Positions 1 to 12,238 of a stretch of 64,000 bases of DNA are shown piece after piece. The position numbers and the translations under genes were made by a program. Position 1 is the stretch's first letter. Each line of letters opens with the position of its first letter. The notes under the pieces are model-generated. The model had not been told where the DNA came from, did no database searches, and saw only the letters and a program-made list of their open reading frames with translations. The stretch is from an uncultured Acidobacteriota bacterium (GTDB lineage Bacteria > Acidobacteriota > Vicinamibacteria > Vicinamibacterales > SCN-69-37): positions 57,334 to 121,333 of the forward strand of contig CAVTYZ010000022.1 in NCBI GenBank assembly GCA_963739035.1. Direction: 5' to 3'.

Positions 1-338
1 AGGCGGATTCGCGCCAGGCCCTGGACGATCAGGCGAAGGCTGCCGTCGGGCAGCTTGAACATCTTGTGAATGTGGGTCAGCGTGCCGACGTCGTGCAGGT
101 CGCCCTGGCCAGGATCCTCGTGCGACGGATCCCGCTGGGTGAAGACGCCGATGACCTTGGCGCCGGCGATCGCCTCGTCGATCAACTTCACGGACGACTC
201 GCGGGCCACCGCCAGCGGCATGAACGAGTTCGGAAACAGCACGGTGTCGCGCAGCGGCAGGACGGGAACGTCGCCCGGCACGGTGTACGAGCGCTCACCG
301 GCGCCCGGTTGGACGATGCGGGTGGTCTCGTCGCTCAT
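1..338 (-). CDS. lon: Lon protease, N-terminal part (runs off window start)
   Basis: Not in ORF track. Manual translation from ATG at 338: MSDETTRIVQ...VPVLPLRDTVLFPNSFMPLAVARESSVKLIDEA...VGTLTHIHKMFKLPDGSLRLIVQGLARIR, typical Lon N-domain. GGAGGG SD upstream. Confidence 0.9.
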   Translation of the reverse strand, partial: MSDETTRIVQPGAGERSYTVPGDVPVLPLRDTVLFPNSFMPLAVARESSVKLIDEAIAGAKVIGVFTQRDPSHEDPGQGDLHDVGTLTHIHKMFKLPDGSLRLIVQGLARIR

Positions 339-513
339 GATGCCCTCCCTCCCCACAGGAGCCTCGCTCCGGTGGTGAGACCGGCAGAGGCCCTGATGGC
401 CTCTGCCGAAACACTGACTTCTTCTGTGTTAGACGCCGAGCGGGAGGAAACGATGTGATCGCTCGTCCCGCCGTCCGGCAGGCCGTCGCGATCTGATGCG
501 AAGGTCGCCGGAG

Positions 514-954
514 TTAACTCAAATCGAGCAGGAACCCTGCCGATCGCCGCTGCGATTGCTGCCGGGCGCGCTGCTCGGCAATCTCCCGGGCCTCCTCGCA
601 GTCCTTGCAGCGGACCGCGAAGGGCAGGGCGCGCAGGCGCCGCTCGGAAATCTCGTCGCCGCACTCGAAGCAGTTGCCGTAGGAGTTCTCGTCGAGCCGC
701 TTCAGCGCTTCCTCGATCTTGTGCAGCGTCTCGGATTTCATTTGAATCAGGGCGAGCTCGATCTCGTCCTGGATGTCCGCTTCGGAGGTCTCGGCCGCGT
801 CGAGGACGCCTTCGCCGGACGCGTCAACCGCGCGGACATCACGCATCTTCTCCTGAACCTCGCTCAGGATCTCCCGCCGGCGGTCCTCGAGGATCCGCTT
901 CAACTCGGCGTAGCGTTCCGTCGCCTTTTCCGTGTGATTCGCGCGTGCGTTCAT
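514..954 (-). CDS. TraR/DksA-family C4 zinc-finger transcription factor
   Basis: Coiled coil followed by YGNCFECGDEISERRLRALPFAVRCKDC. Start taken at ATG 954 after a GGGAGGGAG SD. Confidence 0.9.
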   Translation of the reverse strand: MNARANHTEKATERYAELKRILEDRRREILSEVQEKMRDVRAVDASGEGVLDAAETSEADIQDEIELALIQMKSETLHKIEEALKRLDENSYGNCFECGDEISERRLRALPFAVRCKDCEEAREIAEQRARQQSQRRSAGFLLDLS

Positions 955-1014
955 GACGTCTCTCCCTCCCGATCCGCTCTCCGACCGACTAGCCGCTCCG
1001 ATGGACTCGGCTGT

Positions 1015-1030
1015 AGCAATTCGGGTGCCA
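1015..1030 (-). promoter_or_regulatory. sigma54 (-24/-12) promoter of the DksA-family gene
   Basis: Minus strand reads TGGCAC-CCGAA-TTGCT, matching TGGCAC-N5-TTGC(A/T), about 60 nt upstream of the ATG. Confidence 0.7.
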
Positions 1031-1294
1031 GCCACCGGTTTCTTGCCCACTGTCCCGGTCCGGGACTGTTGGTCCAGCTGGTTTCACCCGCTGTCATTAA
1101 TTCACCACGACTCGTTACCTGAGTCTCGGAGCGGCCGCCCTGTATCCTTTGGCTCCGCCTGTGCCGCTTTAGACGAAGACACGACGGCTCGCGGTTCTCG
1201 TCGCCTTCTGTGAGATGACCAAACATGAACCGTCTGCTATACTTGGACGTTTTTCGGGGTTGCAGGTGTCGCCCCAGACGGAACCGCGACGAGT

Positions 1295-1486
1295 ATGGCA
1301 AAGAGTTGTGAAATCTGTGGAAAGAAGCCGGTGGTCGGCCGTATCGTCAGCCACGCGCACAACGTGCGGGCCCGCCGGTTCGAACCCAACCTGCAGCGCG
1401 TCCGCGCCTTGATTAACGGCGGGGTCCGCCGCATCCGCGTCTGCACGCGCTGCCTCAGGTCCAATAAGGTCGTAAAGGCCGCCTAG
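1295..1486 (+). CDS. rpmB: 50S ribosomal protein L28 (zinc-binding form)
   Basis: [23 protein letters not shown]...[11 protein letters not shown]...VCTRCLRS, 63 aa with two CxxC pairs. Confidence 0.97.
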   Translation: MAKSCEICGKKPVVGRIVSHAHNVRARRFEPNLQRVRALINGGVRRIRVCTRCLRSNKVVKAA

Positions 1487-1492
1487 CTGGAC

Positions 1493-1585
1493 AAGTTTGA
1501 ACTTCGAACTCAGAACCAACAGGGCGCATGCTCTGGACGCGCGTCCAGTAGCTTCTGACTTCTAACTTCTGAAGTTCGAAGTTGC
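1493..1585. repeat. 7-bp-periodic imperfect inverted repeat between convergent rpmB and rel
   Basis: Left arm aacttcgaactcagaa pairs with right arm ttctgaagttcgaagtt; units ttctgac/ttctaac/ttctgaa; central palindrome ctggacgcgcgtccag. Confidence 0.75.
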
Positions 1586-3749
1586 CTACCTGGCCGCTCG
1601 CTCGACGGCCAGCACCCCATCCACATCCCGAATCGACCGCATCACCTTTTCGAGGTGTTTGAGGTCGCTGATCTCCACCGTCATCCGAATCGATCCGCGC
1701 TGGTCGACTCCGACGTTGGCTTCCACGTCTTTGATGTTGGTCTCGATGTCGGCAATCCGCGAGCTGACGTCCGCCAGAATGCCCCGCCGGTCCTCGACAC
1801 TGATCTTGAGTCGTACGGTGTACGGCGTGTCCTGCCCCGTATCCCACTCCACGTCGATGCGGCGATCCGGATCGAACAGGAGGTTGACGACGTTCGGACA
1901 CGTCGCCGAATGGACCGACACGCCTTTGCCGCGCGTGATGTAGCCGACGATACGCTCGCCACGAATCGGATTGCAGCATCGGGCGCGGAACACCATCAAG
2001 TCGTCAATGCCCCGAACCTTGATTTTCTGATCGGCGGCCCCAGCGCCAGTGCCGCCCGGCGGCCGCCGCGGACCGACCGGCGCTGATTCGGCACTCCGCT
2101 CGCGGAGCGCCTCCTGGCCGACAAGCCGCGTGAGCAGCGCGCGGGCCGTGATCTTCCCGTAACCCAGGCCCGCGAACACATCGTCGGCCTTTTGCGCGCT
2201 GAATTCGCCGGCAATCTTGGCAATCGCCTCATCGGTCACGAGGCTCCGGTCCACGGTGAACCGCCGCAGTTCCTTGTCGAGAAGACGCCGGCCGAGCTCC
2301 ACGCTTCGCGCCTTCTCCTCACCGTGCACAAAGTGCCGGATCTTGTGACGGGCTCGCGACGTCGCGACGAAATTGAGCCAGTCGCGACTCGGCGTGTGGC
2401 CGGCCTGCGTGACGATCTCGACGATGTCACCGTTGTTGAGGCCGGTGCGCAGGGGCACCATGCGGCCGTTGACACGGGCGCCGACGCACTGATGGCCGAC
2501 GTCGGTGTGAATCGCGTAGGCGAAGTCCACCGGCGTGGAGCCTCGAAGCAGTGACTTGACTTCGCCTTTTGGCGTGAAGATGTAAACCTCCTCCGGGTAG
2601 AGCTCGATGCGGAGGTTCTGCATGAACTCCTGCGGGTCGCGCACTTCTTGCTGAAGCTCGAGGAGCCGCCGCAACCAGTTGAAGTAATGCTCGTCGCGCT
2701 CCGCACCGACGCGGCCTTCCTTGTACTTCCAGTGCGCCGCGATGCCTTCCTCGGCGATCTGGTGCATCTCCTCGGTGCGAATCTGAACCTCGAAGGGCAG
2801 GCCGCGATCGCCCAGGACGGACGTGTGCAGCGCCTGGTAGCCATTCGGGCGCGGCATGGCGATGAAATCCTTGAACCGGCCCGGAACCGGTGACCAGATC
2901 TGGTGGATGATGCCGAGCACGCCGTAGCAGTCCTTGACGCTCTTCGTGATCACGCGGAGCGCGATGAAGTCGTACACCTGGTCCAGGGGAATGCGCTGAC
3001 GCTGCAGCTTCTGGTGGATCGACCAGAGGCGCTTGATGCGGCCGTCAATCGCCGACGACTTCGATCTGCGCTTCGTCCAGCTTCGCCTCGAGCTGCCGGC
3101 GTAACGTGTCGATCGACCCCTCGGTGGCCGTGCGGGTGGCTTCGACGTCCTGCCGCAGCGCCTCGTAGGCCGTCGGATCGAGGTGGCGGAAGGCCAGCTC
3201 TTCCAGCTCGTTCTTGATCTTGCTCATCCCCAGGCGATTCGCGATGGGCGCGTAGATGTCGCGGGTCTCCTCCGCGATGCGGGCACGGCGGTCCTCGGGG
3301 AGGTGCTGCAGCGTCCGCATGTTGTCGAGCCGGTCGGCGAGCTTCACGAGGATGACGCGGATGTCGTCCACCATCGCCATCAGCATCTTGCGGAAACTCT
3401 CGGCCTGCCGCTCCTCGCTCGACGCGAACTGGAGCGTGGACAGCTTCGTGACACCCTCCACCACGTGCGCCACGGGCTCGCCAAAGAGCTCCCGGATTCG
3501 CTCGATCGAGGTCGGGGTGTCCTCGACGATGTCATGGAGCAGGCCAGCGGCAATGGCGACAACGTCGAGCCTCAGGTCGGCCAGGATGTCGGCGACCGCC
3601 ACCGGGTGCACGAGATAGGGCTCACCCGACTTGCGGACCTGACCGCTATGTTCTTCAGCCGAAAAGGCATGGGCGCGCCGGAGCAGATCGATATCCGCGT
3701 CGGGGGTCAGTGCACGCACCTTCTCGATGACGTCATCGAACCGGATCAT
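1586..3749 (-). CDS. rel: Bifunctional (p)ppGpp synthetase/hydrolase Rel (RelA/SpoT), split by a frameshift near 3045
   Basis: RKSGEPY..HP, intact HD motif LLHDIVEDT, KLADRLDNMRT, YDFIALR, KDFIAMPRPNGYQALHT, TGS (TPVDFAYAIHT), CCNPI and ACT domains across ORFs 3045..3749 and 1586..2977. Confidence 0.95.
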
Positions 3750-3978
3750 GGGTGCCGGTGTCTAACCGGTTCAGGTCTGATTGGGGGCGGACGGCGGTCT
3801 GACCGTCGGCTCATGATAACGGCAAACGCCGCGGGACGCCCGAAAGTGAGGGTCCAGCCCCTAAATCAGGCCCTGAACCCGCCTTGCGGAGACCTGGCCG
3901 GTTCACTATACTGGCCCGTCTCTGAACCACTCCGCAGGACCTCCCAGGAAGTCCTTGGCGTCACGAAAGGGGAAGTAC

Positions 3979-4987
3979 ATGCAGTTTCGATTCAGCCGCA
4001 TGGTCGTGCTCATCGTCGGGCTGTCGTTGGCCGCGAGCGCTTGCGGACGCTATTCCATCAGCAGCATTCGGTCCGCCAAGGCGTTCCAGGACGGTATCGG
4101 GCTCTATCAGCGCGGTGACTACGTGCCGGCCGCCGAGCACCTCACGGAAGCGATTCGGCTGAACCCGGATTTCCCCTTCTCCTACTTCTTCCTGGGCAAT
4201 AGCTACGACAAGATGTATCGGCCGGCCCGAAAGGGCGAGGCGGAAAACGACGCCTACCTGCAGAAGGCGGTCGAAAACTACCGCCAGTCCATCGACCACC
4301 TGAAGGGGCGGACCGAGGAGCAGGCGCCGCAGTTCTTGAATCTGTCCTACCAATATCTGATCGCGGCCTACGGCTCCGACCGGCTCAACGACTTCGCGAA
4401 GGCTGAAGAAGCGGCCAAGGAGCTCATCGCCACGACGCCGGACGAGCCGGGCAACTATCAGGCGCTGGCGCGCCTCTACCAGGATCAGGGCCGGAACCAG
4501 GATGCTGAAGCGATGTTCGTGAAGGCCGCCGAAGTTCGCCCGAACGACCCGGTGGGCTATCAGATGCTGGCCAATTTCTACAACCAGCAGGGAGACTTCG
4601 ACAAGACCATCGCGGCCTTCCAGAAACGCGCCGACCTCGAGCCGAACAACCCCGAGGCGTGGCACACCATCGGTACGTTCTATTACGACAAGGCCCTGCG
4701 CGACACCCGTCTTCCCATTGATACGTTCAGGAAGTTCGTGTCCTCGGGCATCTCCGCCGAGGACCACGCCCTGAAGCTGAATGACGAGTACTACGAGGCC
4801 GTGACCTACAAGGGGATGCTGCTCGGGCTCCAGGCCAGCCGGGAGCGCGATGTGGCCGTCCAGAAGAAGCTACTGGGCGAGGCGACCGCGCTCCGGGAGC
4901 GCTCGCTCGATTCTGAGGAAGAAACAGGAGGCAGGCGCCGCCGCGACCGCCGCAGCCTCTGCCAAGCCGAAACCGGCCGGAAGCTAG
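3979..4987 (+). CDS. TPR-repeat lipoprotein (frameshift near 4910)
   Basis: Lipobox-like LAASAC, several TPR helices. The alternative frame gives the tail ...KKQEAGAAATAAASAKPKPAGS* ending before the terminator. Confidence 0.8.
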
Positions 4988-5035
4988 AGACCGGCCGGCT
5001 CGATGCCGGCGCGGTGGCTCGGAGTCGAGAGACAC

Positions 5036-5080
5036 AGGCCTGGGGCCGTTCGAATCATCGAACGGCCCCAGGCCTTTTTT
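5036..5080 (+). terminator. Intrinsic terminator of the TPR gene
   Basis: 18-bp perfect stem aggcctggggccgttcga-atca-tcgaacggccccaggcct followed by a T run. Confidence 0.9.
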
Positions 5081-5114
5081 GTCGGAGCGCACCCCATGGA
5101 ACTCGGGTAGGCGT

Positions 5115-5232
5115 CGTTCCCCGTTCCGTGTTCCCTGTTCCCCGTTCTTCGTTCTCCTGAACGTGGAACCGGGAACAAGAACGACAGGAACGGGGAACGC
5201 GGGAACCGGAGAACGGGGAACGGGGCAACGAC
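5115..5232. repeat. Heptamer-periodic inverted repeat, (gttcNNN)n then (gaacNNN)n
   Basis: gttcccc gttccgt gttccct gttcccc gttcttc gttctcc followed by gaacgtg gaaccgg ... gaacggg gaacggg. Confidence 0.85.
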
Positions 5233-5250
5233 GATTTAACTCGCGCCCGT

Positions 5251-5293
5251 AGAAAAGGCAAAGGCCGGGAACCGTTCATGAACGGCCCCGGCC
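5251..5293 (-). terminator. Probable terminator of the tonB-exbB-exbD operon
   Basis: Minus strand ggccggggccgttcatgaacggttcccggcc followed by tttgccttttct. Confidence 0.7.
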
Positions 5294-5338
5294 CCAGTCT
5301 ATTTCTGCCTTCTAAGTAACTTCTGCCTTCTAACTTCC

Positions 5339-5821
5339 CTAAGGCTGTCCGCCTGCGCTGCCGCCGCCGGCCGCTTCGCGACGCATGCCGTCGGTCACGA
5401 CGCCGATCTTCTGGACGCCGGCGCCCATGGCCGCGTCGATGACCGCCATGATCTCGCCGTAACGGACGTTGCCCGCGCCGATGAGGAAGAGGGTCTTGTC
5501 CTTGCGGGTCTCGTAAATCTCACGAAAGCGCTCTTCGGCCTGCTGGATCGGGACTTCCTGCTTGTTGATCGTCAGACGACGGTCGGCGGTGTAGTCCGCC
5601 ACCACCTGTCCCAGCACGTCCGCCGCCTTGGCGTTGGCGTTGGTCTCGAGCGGCAGGTTGATGTCTGTTCCGCGCTGAGCCAGAGGCAGCGCAGCCATGA
5701 AGATGATCAGCAGCACGAGCAGCACGTCGATGAGCGGCGTGACGTTCATATCCGCCGACGCTTCGGCCTTGGAGGCTTTGAAGACGCGTTCCGCGCCGTG
5801 GTGCATGTGGGCGTGTGACAT
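5339..5821 (-). CDS. exbD: Biopolymer transporter ExbD/TolR family
   Basis: MNVTPLIDVLLVLLIIFM signature, YGEIMAVID. Confidence 0.93.
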   Translation of the reverse strand: MSHAHMHHGAERVFKASKAEASADMNVTPLIDVLLVLLIIFMAALPLAQRGTDINLPLETNANAKAADVLGQVVADYTADRRLTINKQEVPIQQAEERFREIYETRKDKTLFLIGAGNVRYGEIMAVIDAAMGAGVQKIGVVTDGMRREAAGGGSAGGQP

Positions 5822-6249
5822 TACTGCCCTCCTGTCGGCTTCAGCGGATCGGTGATGAGCGCGACCGATTCGATCTTGGCGCCCCGAAGCGCGTCCATCA
5901 TCTTCATGACGGCACTATATGGGGCGTCCTGGTCACCCTTGAGATAGACGATCTTCTCGGTCTTGGACTCGAGGATGTCCGTCAACCGCCGGATCAGCTC
6001 GGGCTCGGTCGCTTCGAGCGCATTGATGTAGAGCCGGCTCTGACCGTCGATGTAGACGACGGTCTGGTCGGAGGTATCCGGCTTCTCCTGCGTGTGTGCG
6101 GCCTTTGGCAGCGTCACCTGGACAGGCGTCTGCAGCAGGGGCGCGACGATCATCATGATGATGAGCAACACCAGCATCACGTCCACGAGGGGCGTGACGT
6201 TGATATCGGATTTGACGCCACCTTTGGCGCCGCCGACATCCATTGACAT
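5821..6249 (-). CDS. exbD: Biopolymer transporter ExbD/TolR family
   Basis: INVTPLVDVMLVLLIIMMIVAP, KGDQDAPYSAVMKMMD. Confidence 0.93.
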   Translation of the reverse strand: MSMDVGGAKGGVKSDINVTPLVDVMLVLLIIMMIVAPLLQTPVQVTLPKAAHTQEKPDTSDQTVVYIDGQSRLYINALEATEPELIRRLTDILESKTEKIVYLKGDQDAPYSAVMKMMDALRGAKIESVALITDPLKPTGGQ

Positions 6250-6325
6250 GACAAGACTCCTGCCGCGACGTGGAGGATTCCGGGCGGCGTCGTGACCGGT
6301 CCCGACGCCTCCGCCGCAAGCCGAA

Positions 6326-6998
6326 CTACGCCGTCTTCTTGATGAAGTAGTCGACGAGCTCCGAGGACGAGTTGTCCATCTCGACGCTGAAGTACCTCGA
6401 GCCGGCCCGTGAAGTAGTTGTACATCCAGACCGCCGGGATGGCGACGACGAGACCGAGCGCGGTCTCGATCAGCGCTTCCGAAATACCGGCCGAGACGGC
6501 GCCGAGACCGCCCAATCCAGCGGCGGCGATGCCCTGGAACGCCGAGATGATACCGACGACCGTGCCGAGCAGTCCGACGAACGGCGCCGTGGCGCCGATC
6601 GTGGCGAGGGCCGGAATACCCTTCTTCAGGTCGTTCGACGTGAGCGCGGTGGCGCGCTGGATGGCGCGGCGCACGGTGTCGACCAGGTCGTCGCGATTCA
6701 TCGACGCACCGGAATCGGCCTGGAACTGATACTCCTGGAGCCCGGCCAACACCACCTTGGCAAGGTGGCTGTACTGATACGTCTTGGCCTGCGAGACCGA
6801 GAGCGCATCCTTCAACCGGCCTTCCTTGAGGTGCTTGGCCACCTGGGGCGCGTAGAACTTCGACTGCTTGCGCGCCTGCGAGAACGTGTAGAACCGTTCA
6901 ATGGCAACGCCAAACGACCACATCGACATGAAAACCAGAACGAAGGCCACGAGCTTCGCGACCCAGCCCATCTGGTTCCACATTTCCATCAGATCCAT
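6326..6998 (-). CDS. exbB: MotA/TolQ/ExbB proton channel (frameshift near 6395)
   Basis: LATIGATAPFVGLLGTVVGI, GISEALIETALGLVVAIPA. Corrected tail ...YFSVEMDNSSSELVDYFIKKTA*. Confidence 0.92.
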
Positions 6999-7130
6999 TG
7001 CCAGCCTCCGAAACCTGTCTTGACTTGCGATTACGCCAACGAATCAAGAGTCCTGCGCGACACGGGCACCGGGCCGAACTCGAGACGACACGAACAGAAG
7101 AGCGCCGCGCCCCGCGCGGCGTTCCCACTC

Positions 7131-7830
7131 CTACTGAATTGCGAACGTCACGTTCACGGACATGATGACTTCAACCGGCTGGTTGTTGAGCAGCGTCGGC
7201 GTGTAGCGCCACTGATTCACCGCATCCAGCGCGGCCTGGTCCAGCATCGGGACCGAGCGAATGACCTTGGCGTTCTTGATCGTCCCATCTCTCGCGATCG
7301 TCGCTTCGATGATCACCATGCCGGCGACGCGAGCGGCTTTCGCGATCGGCGGATAGATCGGGATCGACCTTCTTCACGATCTCCGGACGCTTGATGTCGC
7401 CACCGACGCGCACCGGCGCGGCAGGAGGCGGCGCATTGCCCAGGGCCATGGTGTTCGCCGCCGCGGGCAGGTTCGTCGGAATACCGCCGACGACCGACAT
7501 CAGCCGGGGCGGCGGCTCGGGCTTGATCTCGCGAGGCGCCTCGACCGGGGCCGCCGCCGGGTTCACGTTGACCTCCACAGGCGGCGGCGGCGGCGGCGCC
7601 GCTGACGGCGGCGGTGGAGGCGGCGGTGGTGGCGGCGGCGGAGGCGGCACCGCGGCGAACGCCATCACCGACTGCGGCGTCGGAAGCGCGTCAGTCGCGA
7701 GCAGCGGAATGACGATCATCGCCGCCAGCCCGAGCGTGTGCGTGAGAATCGACAGCGGCACCGTGTACCACTGCTTGGTTCCCACCTGAATGGACGGTTT
7801 GACGACGTCGCCGAACATTTCGCGTGGCAC
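7131..7830 (-). CDS. tonB: Energy transducer TonB (frameshift near 7365)
   Basis: N-terminal TM with SxxxH (SILTH), poly-Pro linker, C-domain VIIEATI...LDQAALDAVNQWRYTPT. GTG start after GGAGGA. Confidence 0.9.
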
Positions 7831-7952
7831 GGTGATCCTCCTTACGGCCGTTCCTTTACCGTCAGGCCTCGGCGATGGCACGCATCGGTCGGGCAGATAC
7901 CAGGGACGGCGACGCCCCAAGCGTCTCCCGGCTGATTTCGTAAAGGCCCGGC

Positions 7953-7982
7953 ATTATAGTCAGACACAAAAAAACGTGTCAA
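7953..7982 (-). promoter_or_regulatory. Consensus sigma70 promoter for the tonB operon
   Basis: Minus strand TTGACA-N18-TATAAT; the spacer contains a homopolymer run, so 17 is possible. Confidence 0.75.
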
Positions 7983-8115
7983 CGAACTCAACGACTTCTT
8001 TGGGGGCGCTCGGCGAACGGTCGGAGCCCGACGCCCCCGAGTGACGGCAACGTAACCTACTTAGACACCGGTGTTGCCAGAACGGACCCGCCCGATCGCA
8101 GGCAAACACCCCTCT

Positions 8116-10600
<2,485 letters not shown>

Positions 10601-10611
10601 TCCGACTCCGT

Positions 10612-10710
10612 CGTCTCGGGGGCTTCGCCCCCGCGAACCCCCTACGCGCTCACTCGCGGGGCCCCAATACCCCACTCCGTTCGCGCGGTCGCTCGTTCGC
10701 GTCGGACCGT
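10612..10710. repeat. GC-rich REP-like palindromic intergenic element
   Basis: Hairpin cgggggc-ttc-gcccccg (10617-10633) followed by cgcg/ctcgc-rich self-complementary segments. Single copy in this window. Confidence 0.4.
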
Positions 10711-10766
10711 CGCCTGAGCCATGGCACGTCAGTCGTACCTCGCGGTCCTGGACAGCGCCGCCCAGT

Positions 10767-11399
10767 CTACCCCGCTCCGGGCCGCTCCTGACCGCCAACG
10801 CTCGTGCGAACCACGTCCGGCATCCCCATGCCGCCGGTGAGAAACACGCGAATGCCTTCCTCCACCGTCATGTCCGGAAATGACACCTGCTCCAGGGGGC
10901 ACACCACAACGTCTCCCAGATAGAGGTGATTTGTCGGCATGTAGACGGCCACGAGTGTCTCGGGGCCCTGGCCGCGATCGACAGAAAACTCCTTGGTCAG
11001 GAAGCCCAACGCAAACCCCCTCGATCCGTTGTCGACGAGCACCATCCGTTTGAAGCCGAACTCGTTGTCAGGGGAAAACGCCGAGATGAGCTGTTTGACC
11101 GGCGCGTACACGGTGCGAAAGAGCGGAACGTGCAGGAGGATCTGCTCGGCGCGCTCGAGCAGCCGCCGGCCGATGACGTTGGTCGCCACGGTGCCGACAA
11201 TGAGAACGAACAGGGCCGTCGCCACCAGACCGAGACCCGGCACATGCCGTCCGAGAACGCGCTCGCTCAGGCCGCCGGTGAGCCGGTCTGCCCAGCCAAA
11301 CACCCAGACGATCGCCACGACGCTGACGACGAGCGGTACCGTGACGAAGAAGCCGGTGATGAAACGCCGGCGCAGCCAGGGGCCGGGCCCGCTACCCAC
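10767..11399 (-). CDS. DUF502 family membrane protein
   Basis: LRRRFITGFFVTVPL...VPLFRTVYAPVKQL...VYMPT...MTVEEGIRVFLTGG. GTG start overlaps the uppP stop (TAGTG). Confidence 0.85.
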   Translation of the reverse strand: MGSGPGPWLRRRFITGFFVTVPLVVSVVAIVWVFGWADRLTGGLSERVLGRHVPGLGLVATALFVLIVGTVATNVIGRRLLERAEQILLHVPLFRTVYAPVKQLISAFSPDNEFGFKRMVLVDNGSRGFALGFLTKEFSVDRGQGPETLVAVYMPTNHLYLGDVVVCPLEQVSFPDMTVEEGIRVFLTGGMGMPDVVRTSVGGQERPGAG

Positions 11400-12200
11400 T
11401 ACTGCCACCCTGCGGCGATCGCCGCGAAAAGTCCCAGTCCCACCACGATGCGGTACCAGGCGAACGGGACGAACCCCGAGCGGGTCACGAACCGAAGAAA
11501 CGGGCGTACGACGAAGAAGCGCGGCGAGGAACGCCGCAAGAAATCCGACACCGATCTCCGTCAGTCGCTCGGCGCCCAGCAGATCACGGGCCGACCACAT
11601 CTCGTAGACGAACGCGCCCGCCATCGTCGGCATCGCCAGGAAGAAGGAAAACTCGGCGGCGGCCGGCCGGTCGAGGCCGGCAAGGAGGCCTCCCACGATC
11701 GTCGCGCCGGAACGCGACACACCCGGAACGAGCGCGGCGGTCTGGCAGACGCCGATCGCGACCGCACGCGCCATGGGTGTCTTGTCCGCGGCGAACACTG
11801 TGGGTACCGGCCGCGCGCGTTCGACGGCCAGCATGATCACGCCACCGACGATGAACGCCGCCGCATAAACGGCGGGCGTCTCGTAGAGCACGCTCTTCAC
11901 CGTGTCCGCGAACAGCGCGCCGGCGACGGCAGCCGGCAGGAACGCCGCAACAATCATCAGTGCGAACCGCCGCGCGTCCGGATCCCCGCCGAGGCCGGCG
12001 ACGACAGACCAGATCCTCGAACGGTAGAGCCACATCACGGCCAGAATCGAACCGAATTGGATGACGATTTTGAAGACGTCGCCGGGATCGTCGAACGCGA
12101 GCACGCGTTCACCGATCAGCAGATGCGCCGTCGACGAGATCGGCAGAAATTCCGTGAGTCCCTGCACGACGCCCAGAAGAGCCGCGTCGAGGAGGCTCAC
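11399..12200 (-). CDS. uppP: Undecaprenyl-diphosphate phosphatase (frameshift near 11515)
   Basis: GVVQGLTEFLPISSTAH, PGVSRSGATI, AAEFSFFLAMP. Corrected tail ...FVPFAWYRIVVGLGLFAAIAAGWQ*. Confidence 0.93.
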
Positions 12201-12238
12201 AACGCGAAGGCAGAAGGCATGAGCTGGCTTATGCCGTG

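Noticed and set aside
7580-7650. (ggc)n trinucleotide repeat
   Set aside because: Encodes the poly-proline linker of TonB.
10767-12200. Apparent UppP-DUF502 fusion (477-aa ORF)
   Set aside because: The normal UppP C-terminus (...FAWYRI...GWQ*) lies in another frame and ends at 11399 overlapping a GTG start; an indel near 11515 creates the fusion.
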